Notes: generated by a model from the letters alone, not told the origin. A stretch of DNA of 64,000 nt from Octopus bimaculoides (GCF_001194135.2 NC_068985.1:61210244-61274243); one strand, 5' to 3'. Counted from the stretch's first letter, positions 38,250 through 51,075 are shown. A program made the numbers and translations.

Positions 38250-38820
38250 ACAAACATACACACATGTATACATATATGACGGGCTTCTTTTAGTTTCTTT
38301 AGTTTCTGTCTACCAAGTCCAGTAGTGGAGGTGCAATGGCCCAGTGGTTAGGGCAGCGGATTCGCAGTTTTGATTCCCAGACCGGGCGTTGTGAGTGTTT
38401 ATTGAGCGAAAACACCTAAAGCTCCACGAAGCTCTGGCAGGGGATGGTGGCGAACTCTGCTGTACTCTTTCACCACAACTTTCTCTCACTCTTTCTTCCT
38501 GTTTCTGTTGTGCCTGTAATTCAAAGGGCCAGCCTTGTCACACACTGTGTCATGCTGAATATCCCCAAGAACTACATTAAGTGTACACGTGTCTGTGGAG
38601 TGCTCAGCCACTTGCACGTTAATTTCACAAGCAGGCTGTTCCATTGATCGGATCAACTGGAACCCTCATCGTCGTAAGTGACAGAGTGCCAACAACAACA
38701 ACCAAGTCCAGTCACAAGGCTTTGGTTGGACTGAGGCTATATAGAAGGCACTTGCCTAAGATTCCCAAGGGACTGAACCTAGAACCACTAGGTTGAGAAG
38801 TAAACTTCTAAACCATATAT
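38250..38820 (-). mobile_element. CORE-type SINE 5' half, interrupted by a younger SINE
   Basis: GACGGGCTTCTTTTAGTTTC...TCTACCAAGTCCAGT|CACAAGGCTTTGG...CACTTGCCTAAG...ACTGAACC corresponds to the reverse complement of 53802-53960. Confidence 0.75.
38324..38700 (+). mobile_element. Full-length tRNA-derived SINE with (ACA)n tail and 12-bp TSD
   Basis: A-box TGGCCCAGTGGTTAGG; tail CAACAACAACA; TSD ACCAAGTCCAGT at 38312-38323 and 38701-38712. Confidence 0.9.
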
Positions 38821-38829
38821 ATTTACCAT

Positions 38830-40500
38830 CACCATCATTGTCTTCCTTTAACATCTGTTTTATATGCTGGCATAAATTGGACAGTTTGACAGGAGCCGCA
38901 AGCCAGAAAATTGCACTTGGCTATATTTTCTGCATTAGTATGGTTTCTGTGGTTGGAAGCCCTTCCTAATGCTAACTACTTAACTGAGTGTACTGGGTGC
39001 TTTCTACATAGAACCAGCACCAGCAGCGTCACTAGGTAACCTGCAAGACAAAGACCCCTCAACTAGGGAACTGGAATAGTATTGAGGGAAGTGGCTTTAT
39101 GCCAGTTAAGAGATAAAAGTATAATAGAGGGATAGAGATAGGTGTCTTGCAATAGAGGGGGATGCTTGGCTACTCCAGTTAAAAAAGAAAGGAGAGAAAA
39201 GAGACAGTTAGAGAGAAAGAGAAGAGTGGGGGAAATAGATGGTGGTGGACATGTGTAGGGACATATCCTCAGGTACAGTGGGGGAGGGGTTAATATAAGT
39301 GAAGTGGTACAGAGGATTGGACAGGGTGAGTGAACCAATGGGGAATAGAGAGGGATATTTCATAAGAGTATGAAGGGAGATAGAGAGGAGGTGACTATAG
39401 CAAGTGATGGTGAGAGATATACAAGTGGCTCAAGTGGCGCTAAGGTAGATATGTGAGGGCATTGAGAAAAATTGTATCCAGGTAGGCACATGAGGGAGAG
39501 TGGAGGGGTAATGCAGCAAGTGGTGATCATGGGTGGGAGTGGAGGATGTACAGAAGATGGCTTGTGGGTACTTTTGATGGGGATAGATTGTGTGCGGGAG
39601 TGGGGCTTGGACATAAAGGACATGCCAGTATGGCCTTAATTTTACTTAGCTGGACAGGTTTTCTCAAACACAGCAAATCGCTAGTTTCCTTAGTTCTTTG
39701 TCATCTCCTCTGTGAAGCTCAATATCTGAAGATCCTTTCTCACCACTTTGCCCCATATCTTTTTCTTCCACAGGTTCCCTCCACAATTAGAGATCAGCAC
39801 TTCTTTATGCAGCTGTCCTTATCCATATGCATCACATGACCATACCAGCAAAATTTTCTTTTTTGTGCCCTTCATCTGATGCCTCTCATACCCAATTTTT
39901 CTCTTACAACATTTATGCTTTGTCATACATGCATACTGACACTGTAAATCCAGCAGAGCATGCTGTCTTCATTTCTTTCAAGCCTTCACATGTCCCCTAC
40001 AGTTATGATCCATGTTTTACTGTCATATAGCATAGCTGTCCATATACAGGCAGCATACAATCCGCCTTTCACTCCAAGGAAGAGGATCTTTGTTACCAAG
40101 ACAAGTAATAGCTCTTTGAATTTTGCTGAACTGGTTCTTATTCTAGCAACTATACACTCAGAGCAACCCCTTCTACTGCTAATTTTCTCTCCTAAGTAAT
40201 GGTATCTATTTACTACCTCTAAGGATCCTCCTGGATATTTAAGGAAGTTTATTTACTGTATGTTCTTAGTGTTTATTGAACATGCACATCCACCACACAC
40301 AAAGACTATTTTCTCTGTTAACCTTCCTGTGATTCCATTGCACTTTCATGTGTTCATAACTTGCACTGGATACACCATATGGAATTTCTACCAACACCTT
40401 TTCTACATATTGAGCAAGGCCAGGGATTAGTAATTTGTCTGCTTTCCTGCTTATTGGTACTTTGGTTTTTCCTTTTAGGCCCTTCAACACATCAAATTTT
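38830..40500 (-). mobile_element. Diverged RTE LINE 3' portion (RT fragment and long 3'UTR)
   Basis: 39660-40100 translates with stops: DM*RLERNEDSMLCWI...REKLGMRGIR...FCWYGHVMHMDKDSCIKKC*SLIVEGTCGR. Confidence 0.8.
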
Positions 40501-42762
40501 TCTCTAATTTTTGTAGAGATTCAACTGTTAGAACATGGTCATTAGCACAGAGCATCTCCCAAGGCAACCAGTCTAAAATTCTTGTTATGAATTGCTACAC
40601 ACACATGCACGCACACACACACATACACACACACACAGAGGGAGGGTGTGGGAGAGAGGGAAGGGGAGATACAAATAGACAGAGAAAGAAAGGAAGAAAG
40701 TAGCAATGATTCAACTACAAAAAAGAAATTACTCATTAAAAAAGTGGTGAGATTCCTGCCAAGATGACTGACACTCACAGGAAATGGTGATATAATCGAA
40801 TATTCTTCAAGACAATATCATAACAAAGTTAGTTATTGATATATTTCTATTACTCTGAGACCACTTACCCAATAAGTAACCATTATTCTCTTGTTTGGCC
40901 AAAATGCTTTATAAATTCTTTCTCTAAGGAAGTCCTCTCATATGGCAATAAAGAAGTATTTTTGATGATTTTTAGCAAACTATTAATCAGTTCTGTAGAG
41001 ATGCAACATTTTTCAATATTCACATCTACATTACATCATAATCATTTTGATTTTCTTTCATCATCTGATATCTTATTCTGAGTGTGTAGCAAACAAGATT
41101 CAGCTATGGAAATTTATTTCAAAACTCAGAGTATTAAACACTCTTATTTACCAGGGCACTGAAGTATTTTAACTGAATATATTTATCACACCATGATAGA
41201 ACTATCTATTATAATAACATTAGTGATGCAATTTTACTTGCTGACTCTTGAAGAATGGGAAGTGCCCATGACCTTCATAAGCTCTCCTAGATCAGTGAGA
41301 TTGATGCCTGCAGTGTTCATCTTGAGCCTTTGCAAATCAAGACCTGCAGGAAAGATGTGCAAGGGCGGGAGAAAGCCAATATTCTAGGAAGGAAGGACTA
41401 AGCATAGCAATTAAGGCAAAGCCTGAGGAGCTGGACACAACAAAGGTGATGAGAGAAGAAGGGGAAAAGATGAGTGGAACAGGAGTACCTGAGTGAGCTC
41501 AGCCAGCTCCAAAAAGCAAAGGCTATTATAGTAGTAATAGAAAAAACAGAAAGAGGAAAGAGTGCAGCTGTGGGCTGGTGCATGTCTGTGAGTAACTGTA
41601 TATTTGTTAAGTGATTATCCTTTTTCAGCATGTGATCCAAGTTCTCTATGTGTGCAGCAGCAGCAGTATCCCAAATTGTGAAATTTGAAAATTTATTCTC
41701 TACACCAATTTACTAGTTGTTAACAGTGAGAGAGTAAGTAAGAGTTGAAATGTTATGCTGTTACTTTCTTTGAGTAAAATTAAAAATATGTTGAGTGTAT
41801 GCATTGCTGTGGTTAATAAATTCACTTCCCAAATGTGTCATTCTGGGTTCAATCCCACTAAGTAGCTGTTTGGGTAAGTATTTTCTTCCCATAGCTATGG
41901 GTTGGTCAATATCTTGTGTGAGAAAATTGGCAGATGGAAACTATAGGAGCCATCACATATGTTTACATTATAAATTATATACATTCCTGCTTATAACTCA
42001 TCAGACGTTTGGTGGCAGATTGAAGACTTTGAAATGCATTCAAGATGACTTCTAAATGTTTAGTCCATTATTGGTCAGTTCAGGTCACAGGGTATTAATT
42101 CTATCAAAGTGACACCAGTTATTTTCTTTACTTTTGAATCCACATGTTCAGTCAAAATGTTGGCAGGATGCTGGTGTTACTTTGACAGTAGTTTGTGGCA
42201 TAGTATGTTCAGTGATAGCAATTCCTTGTATGGTAAGGCAAGATGTTAGGTCAATTCACTAGCTTATTCATCATTCAATGGAGTTTGAACTTGTTAGCAG
42301 CAGCAATATTTATATGAGAGTAACCATTTTAATGATGTTGGTTTACAACTGAGGTTGCATGACCAACATGGTTAGCAATAGTCTATACAGGCAGCAGAGA
42401 TTATATACTCTGCCCTTGTGTGTGGATCACCTGGGCCTAGGGTGGTATATCTGGGTTGTCAGCAGCTAGAAGCTTTAAGCTCATTAACAGGGAATACCTC
42501 TGATGGTAACAATAAGCTAGCTTATTCTTTCTAATGATGAATACTGTGCATTGAAGTATGTGTAGTTTCTCATGGAGACAGAGATGGCAATTATAAGCTC
42601 CAGGTGAATAAAGAGGAGCATTATCAAGACTACTTCATTTGGTGTTGGGGAAGTCATGTTACTTTGATAACATTCATACCATGTGACCTGAACTAACTGA
42701 TAGAAGCCTAAATGTTTAGAAGCCATCTTGAATTTGTTTCAAACCCTCCACACTGCCTTCAA

Positions 42763-42812
42763 ACATCTGATGACAGGTGTGTCCTACACACCCATGAAAC
42801 TTTAAGTTATGT
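42763..42812 (+). ncRNA. Type I hammerhead ribozyme motif (intact core, GUU triplet)
   Basis: ACAT-CTGATGA-CA-GGTGTGT-CCT-ACACACC-CAT-GAAA-CTTTAAG-TT-ATGT. Confidence 0.65.
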
Positions 42813-42995
42813 GAAGCTGAGACAAGCTGTTATTAAATACATGTAACTCCAACTAAATGCTGTGTGCTAATTTCATTTGTTCACATACACACACTCTTAT
42901 ATGCATTTGTGTGAATGTGTGTGTCTCTGTATAAGTGTACAGATTGGTGTATATAAATACATGTATATATACACATGCATATATATACATATATA

Positions 42996-43290
42996 AGTGG
43001 TATCAAAAAGTTCCCAGACTAATCATGTTTAATAAAAAATAACTTATTTATCTAAGTTTTAACATCATCTTCAAAATAGTTACCTAGTGCAGTAATACAC
43101 TGGTCCCATCGTTCCTGCCACATTTGGAATCTAGCCTGGAAGTCATTTTCTGTAAACAAGTTGAAGAGTTCCTGTAGTTCGCTCTTGGTCTTGACAATGG
43201 TGTTAAAACAGCAACCTTTGAGCTGCATTTTCATCTTGGGGAAGAGATAGAAGTCTGCAAGTGCTAAATCTGGTGAATAGGGTGGTTACT
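42996..43290 (-). mobile_element. Mariner transposase C-terminal remnant with right end
   Basis: PPYSPDLALADFYLFPKMKMQLKG...WQERWDQCITALGNYFE; terminal TA-...GTGGTATCAAAAAGTTCC. Confidence 0.85.
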
Positions 43291-43396
43291 TATTTGTATA
43301 NNNNNNNNNNNNNNNNNNNNNNNNNNNNNNNNNNNNNNNNNNNNNNNNNNNNNNNNNNNNNNNNNNNNNNNNNNNNNNNNNNNNNNNNNNNNNNNN

Positions 43397-43428
<32 letters not shown>

Positions 43429-43499
43429 CAGTTAATAAAAAAGACAGCTAAAAAAACATACATCAGAAAGAAGCACATTCTGAAATATAGAACAGTAAT

Positions 43500-45255
43500 T
43501 ATTACAACAAAATTTTATATAGAGTTACCCATGGTTTCACACCCACAAAGCAAAAGCCTTGTGGACAGCTCACCAGACTCTATATGAATACAAAATTTTA
43601 AAATTTCTTCGTCGCAGAGGTGAGGAAACACTCAGGCCTCGGGGAATATGAAAAAACATTAACGAGTACGGGCTATTTCCTCTTAAACAGAGGGAAAAAC
43701 CCCTTTATAGACTCACAGAGGCCTAATGATCAAACAGGGAGATCCAATTTTCTAGTAAGTAGTGCTTGAAGCTGATACATTTAGAAAACACTTCTTTATG
43801 GCTGTTTAATGCACAAGGCTTCTTAAAGTCCTTAAGAATTTTGGTTCTCTCCACGATGCAGATCTTGCAACGGCCACTTCCATTAATATATGGGCCCGGA
43901 AAATCAATTAATTTCCACCTGACATCACACGGGGCCCCTTGATCTTTGAGGTGCCACACATGGCAGGCCAGGGTTGTGACAAACTGTCTTTCTGGGACTT
44001 TGAAGGATCATGGGTGGTTAAGAAAACGTTTCTTGAATGAAGTACTCACCGAACCAATATATTTATAAATGTAGGATGTGGCCCTATTAGCACTCCTGGT
44101 AACATATGGTGCAGGACTGGTCGTCCCATCAGTGTCAAAGATGAATGTTTGGTCCTCATCTGAGGTGGCAGAACTGAGAATGGCAAATACCTCCTCCAAG
44201 TCATTGGTTCTGGATAGGTCATTATTTCCAGGTGTGGCGTTTGTACTGGTCACTCTATCTGCATCTATGGTTTGTTCATTATCCATGGCGGTGGTACCAG
44301 GATCTTTGGAGATGCTCTCTGTGATGCTGGTCCCGGCTTGGTTATTATCTCTAGACATGGCAACTGTATTGGCATGAGACCTGGTTAATCTGCTAATAAT
44401 ATTACTGTTTGATGTTAAATTACTGCTATTGTGGATATTAGGTCTAGGTATTACTGTAGCTTCATATATGACCCTTTCAGCCTCACATCAGCCTCCTACT
44501 GGACAGTTATTATATATCCTGAAAGTGCAACCTGCCTCCTACCATGTATTGTGGGTATTTGATAAAATGTTTTTATGTTAGATGCACAACTAAAGGAGAC
44601 TCTTAGGTTGTGCCTGTTAAACAAATGCCTGTATCTGTGTGTGTAAAATGTTTGTCTATTATCTAAGGAAAATCTTTTCCACACATGTCTTGACATTGAG
44701 TGAGAAGAGTGGGGTAAACCAAATGACATTTCTGTGGCGTTTCCTTTTCCAGGTGCTAGGGCCAGGCATGCAGGAGATGCAGTCCTTAAACCCACTTGAT
44801 GCCAGTGCTTCATTGTAGTAGGGGCAGTGATGTCGAAGATATCTTGGCTCAAGGATAGATTCGAGATCCTCTTGCTTACACCTTTCACTAGGTTCTTGAA
44901 AACTATGGGGGGGGGGGTGACNNNNNNNNNNTAGGTTCTTGAAAACTATGGGGGGGGGGGTGACAGGAGGCTCTGCTAATATAAGACAGTTTCTCATTTG
45001 GTTTGTGAAAGGGCCTGTATGTACCAGAGCCCAGATCTAAAACTAACATCTAAACAATCTACTGTGGTATGATTAGTTTCAATGGTGATCTTGAGACCCA
45101 TTGAGCCAAGGTGCTAATTAGGTCCTTTCTAAGTCTATCTAACATATGGCTGTTGGCTTCTCTAAAGATGGCTAGGGTGTCATCTCTGTAGAGGCCGAAG
45201 AGGACCGAAGGAAACCTCTTCCCTAAGGTGTCCAGGATATACAGTCCGAAAGATA
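43500..45255 (-). mobile_element. Penelope-like element remnant (RT C-terminal half and GIY-YIG endonuclease)
   Basis: FGLYRDD RT motif; KRISNLS; RNVIWFTPLFSLNVKT; LFNRHNLRVSFSC; CPVGG*C..RVIYEATV; YIGSVSTSFKKRFLNH; WHLKD..W..CKICIVER..LN; several frameshifts. Confidence 0.9.
43517..43585 (-). ncRNA. Type I hammerhead in the Penelope 3' terminal region (core A6G variant)
   Basis: ATATAGAGT-CTGGTGA-...CCACAAGGC-TTTT-GCTTTGTGG...-GAAA-CCATGGG-TA-ACTCTATAT; 9-bp stem I; ~140 bp downstream of the GIY-YIG ORF. Confidence 0.7.
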
Positions 45256-46312
45256 GATAGATAGATAGATAGATAGACAAACATATACATATATATACAT
45301 ACATATATATATAAATATATAAACATACATATACATGCATATATACGCATACATATATATAAGCATATACACACATACATATACATGCATTAATATATAC
45401 ATATATATGTATGTATGTATATGTATATATATATATTTATATGTGTGTGTGTGTGTGTGTATACATGTATATATGTATATATATATTATCAGTTAGCTGT
45501 CCATAAGACAACACGATATACACAGACAGCCTCCACACTTCACCCATGGATAACAGTTAAAACCAATCCATGGAGACTAACTCTTTCTTTCTTCCTAAAA
45601 AATATCTTTCACTGTATTTCATCCCATTCATTTGCTACCACTGAACCAATCTAGAGCCTCTATACCTTTGACATAAAAAGGGTTATGCACTTCTGACCAA
45701 TATGTCTTTAGTGTTATGGCAATGTTTAGTGTGAAACTGATTGTAACGTTCTAACCATTTATATGCCATCATCAATAATATATCATTTGATAACATAGAT
45801 ATTTCAGTAAATAAGTATATGTGTGTTGCGTTTTCCTACCTGTTTTCATTTCTTTTGTGAACCAATCATCTACTAGCTTTGCATTTTCAAAAACTGTGGA
45901 ATAAGAGATCCCTTACTTGGAAAACAAGAAAGGGTTACTGAAAGGAAGAACATCTGGCTGAAAAATATTGCCTCAATATTTTTGTCTAATCCATGTTAGC
46001 ATGGAGAAACAGATTTAAAAATGAGTAAACATATCTATTTATGGACCTTCTTGTTTTGAGTTCATATTTTGTGGCAGTCATCTTTACCTTTCTTCCTTCT
46101 GGTGGAGGAGACAGTCAATAAAGTACCAGTCAAATATGGGAGTTCATCTTTTTAATCAGCTATTCCCTTCGTCAAAAATTGAAGTATTGTGCCTACATGT
46201 GTGTGTGTAAGGAGGGAGTGTAGCAGAAGTAATGAATGGAAGCAAAAGCACTCAATGCTATAAAATAGAGTATTAGTTTAATTTAATTTGGTCAACTGAA
46301 ACCAGTTCTGGC

Positions 46313-46362
46313 AACTGCTAAGTTTTTCCCTACATGAGAACCATGCAGTTCATCAGGTCGTT
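46313..46362 (-). ncRNA. Degenerate type I hammerhead motif
   Basis: AACGAC-CTGATGA-A-CTGCATG-GTTCT-CATGTAG-G-GAAA-AACT-TA-GCAGTT; stem I has two mismatches. Confidence 0.45.
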
Positions 46363-48669
46363 ATATCGAATATTCTCTATTTTCCTAAATTTATTCATAT
46401 TGTGTGTTTCCAATATGTAGTATAGCAAGTTCATCATCTCTGTACAGTCCACTGTCAATGTCTCTATTCCTGAATGTATTTAAGGCAAAAAATCAAGTAT
46501 CTACATATTTCTTAACCCAGTAGGAATAACCATACAATAACTGATTTTTCTAGCATTTATTAAAATATTAATGTCAGTCACTTGCATTTGTCTTGACTAA
46601 CAGAGTGAACCTTTATTTAAGGACTACATTGGTTGTAAAATCATCATATCCATGATCTTGAGCTCAGGGAAATTCTATTTTCCCCCAGAACATTGTTTTC
46701 ATAATCAAATGCTGAGCTCAGCTATAGCCCTCTCATTACACCTAAAGCTACCTTTTAAAATATGAAGTTTGGTTTGCTAAGTAGGCCTGTGTTACTGTAT
46801 ACATGGATTAGGGATCAGCCTGTAAAGGTCTGTTTTTTGTTTTGTTTATTTTGGTGACTTTTTTTTTGTTGAATTTTGTGTTTTGTACTTCTAGCTGGTA
46901 AGATGATGGAAGCTGTGCTCTGCATTATAAGCCAGCTATGAACACCTAATAAGTTTAGGAGAAAGCTTGCAACAAGATTAGCATCTTAAATGGTTCTAGT
47001 TTGGTAATTTTCATATCCTTGTATTGGATAAATAATATAACAAAGCAGTGGGGAAGAAAGTATGTACATGACACACTACTATTACTATTACTATTACACG
47101 AGACTCAGCGCTCTATACCAAAGGTTCACAGTGAACTGCTACTAATATGAACTCTTGATGACCCAACAGTTGTCTATTTAATAGAGATGTCTTAGTCCAG
47201 TTTTAGTCACATAGGGGTGGTCAGAATCTTTCCACAACATCTCCCCTTTTTAGAATCAGTCTCCCCCATCTACTCCCCTTTTAAGAATTGAATTCCACTC
47301 TGAATTTTAATATCTCTTATGTTTAGGGTTCATTTCCAGTGGAAAAATCAGTACACTCTGATTTTATTGTTCTTTCTTTAAATGAATGCAGCTGGTGCTG
47401 CCCAATTAGAATATTCCATTTTTTGGATAACTCCAAATTTTTCTAGTCTCTCTAACTCTAAGTTTATCTGTTCTAATGCTGTGAACAGTACAGTTTGTTT
47501 TTGTTTAAATGTCAGTATGGTGTTTCCTTGTATTTGAAACTGTGCCTTCATTTTGGTACACAGACCTAATTTATCAGATAGCACTTTAGGAAAAATATTT
47601 TAAAGTTTTGTTTTCAATTCGTCTGATGACTCATTTGTACTAAAGAAAAAAACATTTACATTTTTATAGAAAAGATTTATGGAGAGGTCCCATAAATTAA
47701 ATAATTCTATCCAGTCAGTACTGAACAAATTTGTTGTATTATTTAACACAAAATCTTTAACCCTTAAGGTTTTTCCATGAAATGTAATGTTACCTATCAA
47801 TTCACCCTTCAGATAAAATGTTTTTCCTGAAACACCACAGGCAATTTTCGAAGTTTCATTTAATTTAGGTGTCCTGATTTTTTTTCCATACATCTGTGTT
47901 TATTATCAAGATGTCACTGCCTGTATCCAATTGTAACTTTGTTTGTGTTATTAATTTTTACATGCACAAATTTTCTTTGAGACTCATTCGTATTTTTTGT
48001 TACCAATAATCCATTTATGTGACTTTTTCTGTTGAACTATTTTTTAGGTTCTGTCCTACAATGCAACTTTTCATGGCTTATTTTACCACACTTGTAGCAT
48101 TTTATATTTTTATATGGACAGTCATTTTTAAAATGTAGACCATTGCACCCATAACATGGATTCAGTCTTGACATTATTTTTCTCTTGTTTCTTATTCGCT
48201 ACTGGCTAACATGCTTAAATCTGAGAACAATCTTTCTCTTCAATTTTATTTGCATCGTGTTGTAGATTAATAATCCTCTGACATTCTTCTGCTACTGCCA
48301 GCAGAGTTAAATTTTAGTCCTGTTCTAATTTTGTTAATATCTGAGAACATATTTCTGCATCTTTTTGCAGTAAGCCCTTGAACAAAAATTAAAGTCTTGA
48401 ATATGTCCAGGGTCAACTCATTCAATTTGAATTTCTCACGCTCTCTGTTAACCACTCTGGTATAGGTGATAAAATCTTCATCATCTTTTTTGACCAAATT
48501 TAAACATTGCCAGTGAGTATTGAACAAGGAACTTCTTTCACTGAAATTTTTTGGTAAAATATTAATTGTTTCATTGAAACAAATCTCACCTGGCTTCTTC
48601 AGCAGAATATAATTACTATATTTTTCGTGTTTTGCAGGGGATAACTTTCTTAAAGTAGTCATACTTTTT

Positions 48670-50020
48670 TCTCAAACCAACTTTTACAACTGGCAAAAGA
48701 ATTTCAAGTTAGCCAGAAAACTGCTTGCAACCATTTGCATGTGATTGAAAAACCAAAACAGTTTGACAAATGGGTACCACACGATTTGAATGAAAATCAG
48801 AAAATGCACAGATATGAAATTTGCTCATCGCTTCTTCTCCATTACCAGACCGATTCATTTCTCAGCTGTATTGTAACTTGTGAGGAAAAGTGGATTCTGA
48901 ACAATAATGAAAAACATTATTCATGGTGGTTGCGAAGACCTGTTGAGGCAAGTGAAAGTGAAATCAAACTAAATTCAATGACTGGCACCCATGCCAACGT
49001 CGTCTCCTTCATTGGACACAAAACTCCGCTTGCGAAGACCTATTGGGGCAAGCGAAAGCGAAATTGTGATGGCACCTGTGCCCAGCGTTGCCTTCCTGGC
49101 ACTTGTGCCGGATGGCACGTGTAAAGACATTCAAGCGAGATCGTTGCCAGTGCCGCTGAACTGGCTCCTGTGCAGGTGGCACGTAAAATACACCATTTTG
49201 AGCGTGGCCATTGCCAGTACCGCCTAACTGGTCTTTGTGCCGGTGACACGTAAAAGCACCCACTACACTCTCGGAGTGGTTGGCGTTAGGAAGGGCATCC
49301 AGCTGTAGAAACTCTGCCAAATCAGATTGGAGCCTGGTGTAGCCATCTGGTTTCATCAGATCTCAGTCAAATCGTCCAACCCATGCTAGCATGGAAAGCG
49401 GACGTTAAACGACGATGATGATGATGATGATGTTGGACCAAAATGAAGCACCAAAGACCTTCCTTAAACCCAAGCTCTTCAAAAAGAAGCTTTTGGTGAC
49501 TGTTTGGTGGTGTACTGCTGGACTCATCCATATAGCTTCTTAAAACCCAGGAACACTATTACTGCAGAAACATGTTGCCATGAAATTACCAAAATGAACG
49601 AAAAACTACTATTCCTCCATCCAAGACTGGTCAACAGAAGAGGGTCAATCATTCTTCATGACAATGCTCAACCACACGTTCCACTAATGATGCTCTAGAA
49701 GTTGAGGAAACTTGACTACGAAGTTCTTTTCCACCCAGCTTATTCCCCAGACTTTTCTCCTATGGACTACCACATTTTCAAGCACCTTGATGGTTTTTTG
49801 CGAGCAAAGGAGTTCAAAAATCAAACTGATGCTGAAAATGCATTCAAAGAGTTTATCATCCAGATTTTTATGTTACTGGAATAAACAAACTTGTCATTCA
49901 TTGACAAAAATGTGTTGATTGTAATGGTACTTACTTTGATGAATAAAATTTCCACATTGTTGAAATATATCATGATGAATTTCATGTTTCAAAACGTTGC
50001 TTACGTTTTACTCAGCCTGA
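48670..50020 (+). mobile_element. Mariner (DD34D) remnant inside the Gypsy element, split by an RTE insertion
   Basis: KWVPHDL; IVTCEEKWIL; LLVTVWW; HDNAQPH; HPAYSPDFSPMDYHIFKHL; right end ...ACTCAGCCTGA-TA. Confidence 0.9.
48933..49432 (+). mobile_element. RTE 3'UTR insertion inside the mariner ORF
   Basis: Matches the reverse complement of 4550-5055; (GAT)n tail; removing it rejoins mariner ...SWW|LDQNEAPK. Confidence 0.9.
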
Positions 50021-50819
50021 TATAACATAACAAAGCAGGTGGGAAGAAAGTACATACATGACACACTACTATTACTATTGCATAAAACTCAATGCTCTAC
50101 ATCAAAGGCTCACAGTGAATTGCTACTAATACGAACTGCTGACAACCCAACAGTTGTCTATTTAATAGAAATATCTCAGTCTACTTTTAGTCACATAGGG
50201 GTGGTCGGAATCCTTCTACAACAGAAATATTCGCGCATAGGTTCATTAATCAATCTAGACATTCCATGACATTTTGAATCTGCTTTCTATCTATCCTAAA
50301 TTTACATATTATGAGAGCATCAATAAACTTTGAGTCTAAAAGAATTTACACCAACACCCATGCGATAACCTCTTTCTCCTCCAACTTTCTTCATTGTATT
50401 GACTGAGTCATCTATTTCATATTAAATTTTATTTTTTCGTGTGTATGTTAAATTTCTGTTCCCACACTTTCCTTTCAAACTTTATTTTTTGAGATAAAGT
50501 CCCTTGATTTTTCTTCAGTTAGATGTAGAAAGCTTTTCCTTTAATGGCCATAATCTTACAAGATCAAGATGAGATCTATGTTGCTACCTGTTAAAGTTTT
50601 TTTCCAATATGGCAACCCAACAAATTGAATGGCTCTTGTGCAAGGAAACTATAAGGAATTGCTTGAGCTGGATTCAGCCAACCATTATAAACAAACATAT
50701 AGGGTGTTCAGGCTAGATTTGAAAGATTGCATAAAAAGAATAGAAAAGCAATACCTCTCTAAAAATTAAAAGTATTTTAAAACATCAAAGAATATCAACT
50801 AGATTATATCTGGGAGATA

Positions 50820-51075
50820 ACAGTTTACACACTGCCATCAGCTTCCACCACAGCCCTAAGATGGCTCTAGAATCTGGTGCATGCATTCCTCACTGTGTAC
50901 TTGGGAAAGTTTTCAGACATCTTCTTCATCTTGGCCACCAGGTCAGCCTTGGCATTTCAGGTAGAGTGGTTGGTATCTTTCTCAACTGTGCCCCACACAG
51001 TAATCCACAGGATTACAATGAGGAGAAATAGGAGGCCAGAAATTGGGGTTGGTGAAGTCATGGAGATTCTCTAAC
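50820..51075 (-). mobile_element. Tc1/maT-like transposase C-terminal remnant
   Basis: FWPPISPHCNPVDYCVWGTVEKDTN...ACTRF*SHLRAVVEADG. Confidence 0.75.

Larger units (their letters stand above)
47030..50223 (-). mobile_element. Internally deleted Ty3/Gypsy LTR retrotransposon
   Basis: ~200-bp direct LTRs (47030-47239, 50022-50223) ending ACA on +; PPT AAAAAGGGGGAGA at 47240-47252; gag (LRKL..H..Y.NYIL...SLFN..QCL), zinc knuckles CYGCNGLHFKNDC and CYKCGKISHEKLHC, protease LDTGSD, RT start SNWAAP. Confidence 0.9.

Noticed and set aside
44885-44965. Direct repeat TAGGTTCTTGAAAACTATG(G)nTGAC on both sides of a 10-N gap
   Set aside because: Most likely an unmerged contig overlap; the PLE frame reads through if it is collapsed.
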